A DNA stretch of 40,698 bases from a virus (lineage: Duplodnaviria; Caudoviricetes): the IMG/VR virus record IMGVR_UViG_3300027740_000025, positions 1-40,698 of that record. One strand, written 5' to 3'. The notes below the pieces were generated by a model, which saw only the letters and a list, made by a program, of their open reading frames with translations, ran no database searches and had not been told where the DNA came from. The translations under genes and the position numbers were made by a program. Positions within the stretch are counted from its first letter, which is position 1; each line of letters opens with the position of its first letter. This document shows, piece by piece, positions 16,624 through 23,893 of the stretch.

Positions 16624-16967
16624 CCGCGCCAGTGTTCGAGCAGGTGATGTGGTCGCTGATCCTCGCCGCGGTGATGCTGGGGTCACCCCCCTTGGCGTGG
16701 TGGCTGCACCGTGCCAGTGAGCGATGTGAGGACAGAGACAGACTCCGGCGGCAGGGCGACCCCCAGGCCCGCATGTCGCCGGTGATCGGGACCGGGGTTG
16801 AGCCCGCTGCACTCCCGCAGGCGCAGCTGCTCCCCCGGTCCCCCATGGCCCCGGTGCGTGCGGCAACAACCCCGGACGTCGCGCGCACCGGGCCCCACTC
16901 TCGGGTGGGTGTGACCGAGCGCCAGACGGCCACACCCACCCGACACCAGGCGGCCGGTCATGGATGA
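16620..16967 (+). CDS. Putative single-pass membrane protein
   Basis: GTGA coupling; N-terminal TM. Confidence 0.5.
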   Translation: MTAPVFEQVMWSLILAAVMLGSPPLAWWLHRASERCEDRDRLRRQGDPQARMSPVIGTGVEPAALPQAQLLPRSPMAPVRAATTPDVARTGPHSRVGVTERQTATPTRHQAAGHG

Positions 16968-17196
16968 GCATGCCCGCCCGGTCACATGGATGGTGTCCAG
17001 CTACGACCTGACATCCCACGCCTTCCGCGACCTAGGCGACATCATCGGATTCTCCGAGGCGTTGTGCTCTCACAGCGTGCCAACAGACCGGGTGGTGGGT
17101 GAGCGTGGGGAGAAACGCTGCATCGCCTGTTTGTTGATCCACGGCGGGGATCTGGCGGACCGGGGTGGGGACCCTGGCGGGTGGACGGCACAGTAG
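16960..17196 (+). CDS. Small zinc-finger-like protein
   Basis: H..ALCSH...CIAC ligand pattern. Confidence 0.75.
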   Translation: MDEHARPVTWMVSSYDLTSHAFRDLGDIIGFSEALCSHSVPTDRVVGERGEKRCIACLLIHGGDLADRGGDPGGWTAQ

Positions 17197-17227
17197 CTAG
17201 CGTCCGGTGCGGAGTGGGAGGTGTGGA

Positions 17228-17596
17228 GTGACGACAGTGGAGACCGACCTTGTGGCGTGGCTGTTGGATCAGGTCGCCGTTGACGAGCGGGCGGCACGAG
17301 ATGGTCATTCAGCTTGCGCGCACGTTGACCTCTGCGACGACGGGAGCGAGTTCGACGAGGTGTTCGGGTTCCGCAACGGGCCCGCCCGGGTGCTGGCCGA
17401 GTGTGACGCCAAGTGGCGGATCATCGCGGACCACAAGCCGGTCGAGGTCGACGGCGGGTTTCGTTGCGGCTCGTGTGGCCCGTGTGTGGACTGCGCGTGG
17501 GACGCCGGGGCGAACGAGTGGCCGTGCATCACGCTGCGCCTGCTCGCGCTGCCGTACGCGGACCGGCCCGGCTATCGGCAGGAGTGGGCGCCGTGA
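17228..17596 (+). CDS. DUF6221-family protein
   Basis: DLVAWL...DE; PARVLAECDAK.RII; TLRLLALPYADRPGYRQEWAP. Confidence 0.88.
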   Translation: MTTVETDLVAWLLDQVAVDERAARDGHSACAHVDLCDDGSEFDEVFGFRNGPARVLAECDAKWRIIADHKPVEVDGGFRCGSCGPCVDCAWDAGANEWPCITLRLLALPYADRPGYRQEWAP

Positions 17597-17904
17597 GGTC
17601 GTCAACCATCTGGACGGTGCTCGACTCACCGGCCGGCAGGATGGTGCACTACGGCACCGACCAGCGCGAGGCGCAGGTGATCGCCGACAAGATCGGTGGC
17701 GTGGTGGAGGCGGTCGCCGACTTCCGCTGGTACTCCCCCGCAGCGTTCCGGGACGGCCATCCACACCCAGCGGACAGGGATGTGGCGCGGGAGTTCCAGT
17801 CGTGGCAGATCGCCCTTGATGTCGCCGAGGCCCGCAGTGAGCCAGCGCCGGTGTTGTCGTTGACCGGGCCGCCATTCCTGTCCGGTCAGCTCATCGACCA
17901 GTAG
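17593..17904 (+). CDS. Hypothetical protein
   Basis: GTGA coupling; RBS AGGAG. Confidence 0.65.
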   Translation: MRSSTIWTVLDSPAGRMVHYGTDQREAQVIADKIGGVVEAVADFRWYSPAAFRDGHPHPADRDVAREFQSWQIALDVAEARSEPAPVLSLTGPPFLSGQLIDQ

Positions 17905-17912
17905 GGGACGAC

Positions 17913-18029
17913 ATGGTCAACGCGTTGCTCGCAGTGGTGTACGTCTTGGTCTTTGCGGCTGCGCTCCCAGTTGTGCTCATCGTGCTGGCTGGGATCAACT
18001 GGCTGCTGTTCGAGTCGTGGCGGCGGTAG
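17913..18029 (+). CDS. Small hydrophobic peptide (38 aa)
   Basis: Hand translation MVNALLAVVYVLVFAAALPVVLIVLAGINWLLFESWRR; RBS AGGGG. Confidence 0.6.
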   Translation: MVNALLAVVYVLVFAAALPVVLIVLAGINWLLFESWRR

Positions 18030-18171
18030 TCGTGTAGGTGCGTGTCGGCTGGCTGTGCCGTCTCGCTACTCCAAGCCTCCGCCAAAGTTCAGCCAAGCCT
18101 TGGAGCAACTCATCCGGGTGCTCATGTCTCCATGGGCAGACAACCGTCCACGCAGACTTCAGGATAGTTCA

Positions 18172-18263
18172 GCCGGGCTGCTCGACGAGACTCGAACTCG
18201 CATCTCCCAGGTGGGACGAACCCAAAGCCCGGGGCTCTTCCGATTGAGCTACGACAGCCCGGC
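18172..18263 (-). ncRNA. tRNA-like RNA with canonical D and T arms, 16-nt anticodon loop and extended bulged acceptor stem
   Basis: GCCGG-GCTGTCG TA GCTC AATCGGAA GAGC C CCGGG CTTTGGGTTCGTCCCA CCTGG GAGAT GCGAG TTCGAGT CTCGT CGAGCAGC-CCGGC; -10 TACACT at 18276-18271. Confidence 0.75.
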
Positions 18264-18338
18264 CCCTTGAAGTGTACTGCGGGGGACGAAGTTGAAACGT
18301 GGCAATCCGAGCAGTCTAAAGAATCTTGGTCTACCCTC

Positions 18339-18367
18339 TTGCACTATAGCCCACCGTGGGCTATAGT
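18339..18367 (+). promoter_or_regulatory. SigA-type promoter overlapped by a perfect palindromic operator
   Basis: TTGCAC-17bp-TATAGT; ACTATAGCCCAC-C-GTGGGCTATAGT (18343-18367). Confidence 0.85.
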
Positions 18368-18397
18368 TATTACATCAGCAAGAGAGAGGAACACCAA

Positions 18398-18547
18398 ATG
18401 ACCACCATCCAGACCGCCAACTACTTCCTCAACCGGATGCTCGCCAACCTCCGCACCGAACTCCTCCAGGACCAGACCGGCCGGGCCATCCTGGACACCC
18501 TCCCCGAGGACCAGCGCAGGATGCTCAAGCAGGCCACCGCCTACTGA
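18398..18547 (+). CDS. Small hypothetical protein (49 aa, MTTIQTANYFL...)
   Basis: RBS GAGGA; strongly C-ending codons; directly downstream of promoter. Confidence 0.8.
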   Translation: MTTIQTANYFLNRMLANLRTELLQDQTGRAILDTLPEDQRRMLKQATAY

Positions 18548-18555
18548 CCGGGACA

Positions 18556-18577
18556 GCCGGCCCCTCCGGGGGCCGGC
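18556..18577 (+). promoter_or_regulatory. GC hairpin between first and second cassette genes
   Basis: GCCGGCCCC-TCCG-GGGGCCGGC, no U-tract. Confidence 0.55.
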
Positions 18578-18624
18578 ACCCCACCCCCCTGATGACCGCG
18601 CATACATCGACCTTGGAGCCGACC

Positions 18625-19014
18625 GTGGGCAAGCTCGCACCTCTCTCCGAACTCGCCGCGCGCCACGGCTACAAGGACGGCCCGTCCCTCCGCCGCTTCC
18701 TCACCCGACACGGCGTGCAGGCCGCCGGCCGCGCGCCGGGTCGCGGCGGGGAGTCGATCTACGACGAGGACGTCGTCGCGCAAGCCAAGAAGTACGCGCC
18801 CGGCAAGGGCGCCCGCACCGACCTGAGGAGAACCGTGGAGCACAGCTACTACACCATGCACCGAGCCGTGTTCACGGCCACCGACGACAAGGAGCAGCAC
18901 TACGACGTCGACGCCATCACCGCCGTGCTGGTCGAGCGGTACGGGCTGGTCGACATCGACAGCATCGACCACGACGAGTTCTGGTCGGTGGTCATGGACC
19001 ACTCCACCGACTGA
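18625..19014 (+). CDS. HTH DNA-binding protein (PGxGxRTDL type) fused to an acidic domain
   Basis: LSELAARHGYKDGPSLRRFLTRHG..APGKGARTDL; RBS GGAG before GTG 18625. Confidence 0.78.
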   Translation: MGKLAPLSELAARHGYKDGPSLRRFLTRHGVQAAGRAPGRGGESIYDEDVVAQAKKYAPGKGARTDLRRTVEHSYYTMHRAVFTATDDKEQHYDVDAITAVLVERYGLVDIDSIDHDEFWSVVMDHSTD

Positions 19015-19044
19015 CACGTTTCAACCCGACCGAGAGGAACCCCC

Positions 19045-19233
19045 GTGACGAACACCCTGACCACTAAGCAAGCGGAGCACTTGGCCAAGTCGCTGGAGCA
19101 TCTGGCCGCCAAGGTGCGTGAGCGAACGCCGAGGACCCGGGAGATCAGCGTCGAAATCGACGGTCCGGAGGAAGGCGCGCCGCTCGACGCGCCCGGCGTT
19201 CTCCGCTTCGCGGCAGTGACCATACGCTGGTGA
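19045..19233 (+). CDS. Small hypothetical protein (62 aa)
   Basis: RBS GAGAGGA; last plus-strand gene before the convergent junction. Confidence 0.7.
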   Translation: MTNTLTTKQAEHLAKSLEHLAAKVRERTPRTREISVEIDGPEEGAPLDAPGVLRFAAVTIRW

Positions 19234-19243
19234 GCACACCAAA

Positions 19244-19337
19244 GAGGCCCCCGCTGCCCACCCAAACCACCAGTGGGGGTTGGTGGTTGAGGAGCTAGCG
19301 GGGGCCTCAAGGTGCCCACCCCCGGAGAAGGGTGGGC
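19244..19337. terminator. Double stem-loop at convergence of late operon and accessory cassette
   Basis: GAGGCCCCCGCT(19244-55)/AGCGGGGGCCTC(19297-308) with inner AACCACCA/TGGTGGTT; second hairpin GCCCACCC/GGGTGGGC (19314-37). Confidence 0.75.
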
Positions 19338-19339
19338 GT

Positions 19340-19609
19340 CTAACGCTCGAGAACGAAGATCGTGATGGAGCGGTCGTCGATCAAACCCTCACCGGTGGTG
19401 ACCCGATTCGTCACGCGGTACTGCTGGCCCGCGGTCCCGCCCGCCAACACCACCGACGTGGCCGTCACTGTGCTGCTGTCCCCATCCGAGGTGAGACCGG
19501 CGGGAACGATCCACACCGACTCGGCGATCGTGTCCTCACTCAACCAGGCCGCCCAGTCGATGCCGTAGTTCAGGCGGGCGTCCGGGTCCTTACTGAACGA
19601 CGACGTCAT
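19340..19609 (-). CDS. Small virion fibre-adaptor-like protein
   Basis: KDPDARLNYGIDWAAWL...GGTAGQQYRVTNRVTT..DRSI beta-rich pattern; end of late operon. Confidence 0.7.
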   Translation of the reverse strand: MTSSFSKDPDARLNYGIDWAAWLSEDTIAESVWIVPAGLTSDGDSSTVTATSVVLAGGTAGQQYRVTNRVTTGEGLIDDRSITIFVLER

Positions 19610-20877
19610 GCCACCACCACTCTGTTCTCAGCAGGGACCGCGAACACCCGGGACTCAGCCGGCACCACATAGGTCCGCTCCGGCGGCGGGCCAGACGTCA
19701 CCAGGTCGGATGTCATCGCCCGCGCCGTGTCGCGTTCCGTCGCTTCCAGAAGCCTCAGCGCCTTGCTAGCGGTCAGGGCCCGTGGCGCGTCCATCTCTGT
19801 CACGGTGGGCAGTAGCAGAGTCAACGCCCTGCCGAACGAGCTAGCGGTGTCGACCTCGGTGACGGTGCCCAACGCGAGGGACTTCGCCGCACCCAAGGTG
19901 CGAGCCGCCCCGACCTCGAGCGCGGGGTTGATGGGTGCGCGGCCGGGGATCGGGAGGAGTTGGGCGGCGTCGAGTTCTACGACCGTTGCCAGCGTCAGCG
20001 CCTTCGCCACACCCAACGGTCGAGCCGTGCCGGTCTCCGCCGCCGGCCCGACACCCAGCGTCTTTCCTGCGGCGAGCTGGCGCGCGGTGTCGAATCCGGT
20101 GACGACGCCGAGCGTCTTCGCCTTGGCCGCGCCGAGCGTCCGGGCCTGGTCCGACTCGGCCCCGACACCCGCCGTCTTGGTCTTCGCCCTGCCCAGAGCA
20201 CGGGCGGTGTCGACCTCCGAGGACAAGACGATGGCTTGGGTGGCGCCGAGCGGCGGGCCGGCCTCCGTGGTGACGGCGGAGGCACCAGCAGTCAGGTTCC
20301 TACTGTTGCCGGAGTGGTCGGTCAGATCGGTGTGGACTTCGAGAGGCCAGTCATGCCACGCCGCACCGGCCACCGGGGTAGCGCTGGCGAACTCGGCGGC
20401 GATCGCGGTCTCGTCGGCGAGCTCGAACGGCAGGCACCGGACGTAGGCTTCGCGCCCGTTCAGCGGCTGGCCGCCGTTTCCCGCCGATATCGCTGCGAGG
20501 GTGATGAGGTTCGCGCCCGCAGTCGTGCCAGCCGACCCGGCGCGGACGGTGAACGGCCCGGACTCAGGGGCGGCGTAGGTGGTGATTCCGCCGCCAGAGT
20601 CGACGACGGCGCAGATCCGGTGGAACTCGGCGACCGTCAGCGAGTACTCGAAGTCGTGGCCGGACGGGAACCAGAACAGATCCAGTCCGTTGCCGCTTGT
20701 GGCGATCTGCCCGCGACTCGACCCACCCGACGTATACCGGCGATACAGGGACGTGTCGGTCCCCGAGTCCACGACGATCCGGACCCACAGCAGAACTGAG
20801 TACGGCGGATCAGGTGGGTTGCCGGCGCCGCCGGTGTAGGACAGCCGGTCCGTCGCGGCGTCGAACCGGACAGCCAT
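19606..20877 (-). CDS. Fibre-like protein: LamG/ConA-like N-domain + nine 20-aa repeats
   Basis: Beta-rich N-domain ending DHSGNSRNLT; repeats xxExDxARxLxxxKxxxLxx. Confidence 0.75.
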   Translation of the reverse strand: MAVRFDAATDRLSYTGGAGNPPDPPYSVLLWVRIVVDSGTDTSLYRRYTSGGSSRGQIATSGNGLDLFWFPSGHDFEYSLTVAEFHRICAVVDSGGGITTYAAPESGPFTVRAGSAGTTAGANLITLAAISAGNGGQPLNGREAYVRCLPFELADETAIAAEFASATPVAGAAWHDWPLEVHTDLTDHSGNSRNLTAGASAVTTEAGPPLGATQAIVLSSEVDTARALGRAKTKTAGVGAESDQARTLGAAKAKTLGVVTGFDTARQLAAGKTLGVGPAAETGTARPLGVAKALTLATVVELDAAQLLPIPGRAPINPALEVGAARTLGAAKSLALGTVTEVDTASSFGRALTLLLPTVTEMDAPRALTASKALRLLEATERDTARAMTSDLVTSGPPPERTYVVPAESRVFAVPAENRVVVA

Positions 20878-20880
20878 CGG

Positions 20881-21327
20881 CTACGCCGCCGAAGAGGCCC
20901 GGAAGAAGTCGGCCACCGTCACCGTCAGCGAGTCGCCTTCCGGGGTGAGGGCGTAGTCGTGCTTCGTCAGCGGGATGATCGTGGTGTCGTCCCCGCCGGT
21001 GGTGTCGGGGTCGTAGCACACCAGGAACGCACCCAGGGCCGCGCCGGACGGCGAGCTGTAGACCTGGTCGGCGAAGTCGCAGTCGACACGGTCGTCGGTG
21101 TCGTTGACCGTCGCCGTCACCGACGTGATCGTCTTCCGTCCGATGGTGGTCTGTTCGTTGCTGGCGCCGGCCAGAACCAGGGCGAGGGTGTCGTAGTCCC
21201 GCATCGTCGCATCGGTCACCAGACCAGTCGCCTCGAGCGGGACCAGAATCAGGGCGTCGTTGGTGCCGGGCAGGGTGGCGTAGTGGGCGACCCTGCCGAG
21301 CGCGACGTTGAAGGTGATGTTGCCCAT
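20881..21327 (-). CDS. Small virion structural/fibre subunit
   Basis: Thr/Asp/Val-rich 148 aa (RKTITSVTATVNDTDDRVDCDFADQ); in late operon. Confidence 0.75.
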   Translation of the reverse strand: MGNITFNVALGRVAHYATLPGTNDALILVPLEATGLVTDATMRDYDTLALVLAGASNEQTTIGRKTITSVTATVNDTDDRVDCDFADQVYSSPSGAALGAFLVCYDPDTTGGDDTTIIPLTKHDYALTPEGDSLTVTVADFFRASSAA

Positions 21328-21330
21328 CGG

Positions 21331-21699
21331 TCACGCCCCCCGCACGTGCCCGGTCGCGGTGAACTCCGTACGCGCCACCGGCGCCGACACCTGCGTGCGC
21401 ACGAACGCCGACACCAGAGCCGTCACGAACGCCATCACCGCGCCCTGCGTCTCCGGGGCGACGTCCAGCCCGAACGCCAGCGCACACGCCAGCACCGCCT
21501 GAACGAGACCCAGAATGGCCGGAGCCGCCTTGTCCGCGGAAACGGCGGCGGCGGTGGCGAGACCGATCGCAGCGACGGCGACGGCGTTCAGGACACCCTG
21601 CTGATCCACCGACAGGGGCAGGAGGGTCGCGGAGAACAGCTGGATCGCGGCGGCGATCAGACCGAGGACGAGAGCGGGCTCTCTGCCGAAGATCTTCAT
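21331..21699 (-). CDS. Holin
   Basis: MKIFGREPAL start, ~4 TM segments, FVRTQV..P end; follows endolysin. Confidence 0.8.
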   Translation of the reverse strand: MKIFGREPALVLGLIAAAIQLFSATLLPLSVDQQGVLNAVAVAAIGLATAAAVSADKAAPAILGLVQAVLACALAFGLDVAPETQGAVMAFVTALVSAFVRTQVSAPVARTEFTATGHVRGA

Positions 21700-21704
21700 G
21701 GGGG

Positions 21705-22481
21705 TCAGTTCCCTTCCTGGACGAGGACACCGAGGACGCCAGCCAGGGAGCCTGGCTCCCAGCCCTCAGCGACAGTGGCGTTACCGCCGGCCTGCTGGAT
21801 CCGGTACTGCAGGTTCTCGAGGTCTTCCTCGCTGGCGACGTGCCGGCGGAGGATCCCGTTGCCGACGTACACCGCCGGCCAGCTCGATCCCAGCTTGCCC
21901 TTGGCTTCGCGGGCGAGCATCAGGTCTTGGAACGGCTTCACGTCTTCGTCCTCCTCGGGTGCGGGTTGCTTGATGCCGAGCGCGTCACCGATCGCGAGCG
22001 CCACACGAACGGGTCCGCCATCGGCGATCAGCAAGTCGCGGTCTTGGGGGTTGGTGAGGAACCCGCACTCAAGGATCACCGCGCGCCGGTTGCCGACACT
22101 GATCGCGTTCCCGGTGCCGTAGTAGCCGCCCAGCGCGGCGGTGTAGTTGTCCGGGCGGAACCCGCCCTTCCATCCGCGAGCGAGGTACGCGCGCTTCCAT
22201 GCCTGCCCGAACCGCTGCCCCTCCGGCGTCCGGTAGCCGACACTGGCGCCCCGAGCGGTGGAGTTGGTGGACCCGTCGCAGTGGATCGCCGCGAACGCGT
22301 CGCCGCGGTAGTCGGCCAGATCCTCGTCAGCGAGGATCGCCCGGACATCCCAGCCGCCGCGGCCGTGCAGCAGCGCCACACACGCGTTCGCCACAGCCGA
22401 CGCATACGCCTGCTCCCCCGTCGTCCCGGTCGCCCCGGTGCGGCGGTAGCAGTGACCTCTCTGGACCACGAGAAGCGGCAT
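21705..22481 (-). CDS. Endolysin, N-acetylmuramoyl-L-alanine amidase (Amidase_3)
   Basis: Zn and catalytic residues in QRGH, GEQ, AIHCDG, ILECGFLTN. Confidence 0.9.
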   Translation of the reverse strand: MPLLVVQRGHCYRRTGATGTTGEQAYASAVANACVALLHGRGGWDVRAILADEDLADYRGDAFAAIHCDGSTNSTARGASVGYRTPEGQRFGQAWKRAYLARGWKGGFRPDNYTAALGGYYGTGNAISVGNRRAVILECGFLTNPQDRDLLIADGGPVRVALAIGDALGIKQPAPEEDEDVKPFQDLMLAREAKGKLGSSWPAVYVGNGILRRHVASEEDLENLQYRIQQAGGNATVAEGWEPGSLAGVLGVLVQEGN

Positions 22482-22624
22482 CACACCTCCAGGTCTTCGA
22501 GCAGCGGCAGCGCATCCGAATCAGCCGGGTCGTCGTACGTCGGGATGTCCCCGGCGTCCGGGAGTCTGTGGTCGTGCTCCGGCCCGTCGTGGGCCTCGCC
22601 GTTCGGGATGTGCTCGTGGGTCAT
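22481..22624 (-). CDS. Small acidic/His-rich peptide (47 aa)
   Basis: Hand translation MTHEHIPNGEAHDGPEHDHRLPDAGDIPTYDDPADSDALPLLEDLEV; TGATG coupling at both ends. Confidence 0.6.
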   Translation of the reverse strand: MTHEHIPNGEAHDGPEHDHRLPDAGDIPTYDDPADSDALPLLEDLEV

Positions 22625-22926
22625 CAGCGTGCTCCGTTCCTGGGCGGCCAGTCGAAGTCCGGGACCGGAACGCCACGATCACGCAGCAGACCTTCCAGAC
22701 GCCCCATGTGGCTGCGGAGCGCCTGCATCTGCTGCCGGGTCTCCGCCAACTCGCCGCGCAGATCCTTGACGATCGACAGAGCCGAGTCGGTGAGGACACT
22801 CGCCGCGTCCACGTCGGTCTTCTTCACCTCAGCCTTGGTTTTCCGCCACAGCGCTAGAGCGGTGATGATCCCCGCGATGAACGTGAACCCGCCGAGCGTG
22901 GCGCCGATCTGGACCAGCATGTTCAA
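22624..22926 (-). CDS. Membrane protein with coiled coil (lysis-associated)
   Basis: One TM plus heptad region; lies in lysis cassette. Confidence 0.8.
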   Translation of the reverse strand: MNMLVQIGATLGGFTFIAGIITALALWRKTKAEVKKTDVDAASVLTDSALSIVKDLRGELAETRQQMQALRSHMGRLEGLLRDRGVPVPDFDWPPRNGAR

Positions 22927-23336
22927 GGTCTCGCCTCCATCTCCCTACGAAGCAAGGCCAAAGTCCGCACCACCTGAACGGCACGGACAGCGAACGCCAA
23001 CGCAGCACCGAGAACGAGCGCCGCCGGCACTAACGCTCTCGTTCCGGACAGCATCAACGCGGCAGCCGAGTAGACACCGCACATCACGCTCAGCGGCGGA
23101 TCAGCCGCGAGCTCGAAGTACAGGGCTGCATGAGGCGGCACGAACGCCGCCGCGACGACCAACGCCCCGCCCAGCGTCAACACCCCCGCCCACACCAGCA
23201 ACAGCCACGACGGCAGCGCCGCGTTTACACTTCCCGGCCGTGGACCTCCGAGGAGGATCGGCAACCCGGACAGCATCAACAGCGCTGCTACGAGGAACTG
23301 GTGGGGGTGTCGTCGAGCTGGGATGTGTCCGAGCAT
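22923..23336 (-). CDS. Four-TM membrane protein (lysis-associated)
   Basis: RBS GGGAGG; four hydrophobic segments. Confidence 0.8.
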   Translation of the reverse strand: MLGHIPARRHPHQFLVAALLMLSGLPILLGGPRPGSVNAALPSWLLLVWAGVLTLGGALVVAAAFVPPHAALYFELAADPPLSVMCGVYSAAALMLSGTRALVPAALVLGAALAFAVRAVQVVRTLALLRREMEARP

Positions 23337-23365
23337 GTGCGCCTCCCGCAGGCCGTTGCTCGAGG

Positions 23366-23881
23366 TCAGAACTTCCGAATCGGTTTCAGCACAATGAACG
23401 ACGTCTCCCGCACCCGAAGCTCCGACACACTCGTCGTGCCCTGCGCCCACAAGAACGTCAGGTTGCCGTTCGCCCCAGGAGTCAAAATGCCCTTGAAGTC
23501 CACCGACGTCGGGCCCTCATCCACAGCACCGACCTGACGGTTCGCCGGTGCCGCCGACGTGTTGAAGTGGGTGTTAAACGACCCCGACTGGACAGTCACA
23601 CCAACATCCAGGCCGGCGTTCGACCACCAGATGCTCGACCCAGACGGGACGGACCACCCGTAGCGCAGGTCGATGTTGTCCGCTGCCGCCGAATAGTTGA
23701 TGGTCGCTCGCATCACGTAGATGAACCCCACCCGCACCGCGACCGACAGTTCGTTGTCCGCGGCCAGTGTCACCGTTGAAGTGCGAGCTTCGAGCGCCGT
23801 CTTGTACACGGCGATCTCCTGGCGCTCGTTCAACGCATCTGCGCTGAGGAAGTCACCGACCTCCCAATCAGGCCACGCCAC
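23366..23881 (-). CDS. Minor tail protein
   Basis: WEVGDFLSADALN N-terminal motif of actinophage tail-tip proteins; beta-rich. Confidence 0.8.
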   Translation of the reverse strand: MAWPDWEVGDFLSADALNERQEIAVYKTALEARTSTVTLAADNELSVAVRVGFIYVMRATINYSAAADNIDLRYGWSVPSGSSIWWSNAGLDVGVTVQSGSFNTHFNTSAAPANRQVGAVDEGPTSVDFKGILTPGANGNLTFLWAQGTTSVSELRVRETSFIVLKPIRKF

Positions 23882-23893
23882 AGTCCACCACCG

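Noticed and set aside
18172-18263. Calling the element a normal tRNA, tmRNA or YrlA Y RNA
   Set aside because: The 16-nt anticodon loop and bulged acceptor stem are non-canonical; it keeps a full D stem and has no tag ORF inside (unlike tmRNA); its D-before-T order with open acceptor ends is not the permuted YrlA layout
22199-23779. 526-aa plus-strand ORF (likewise 34249..35817)
   Set aside because: Shadow frames of lysis/tail and capsid genes
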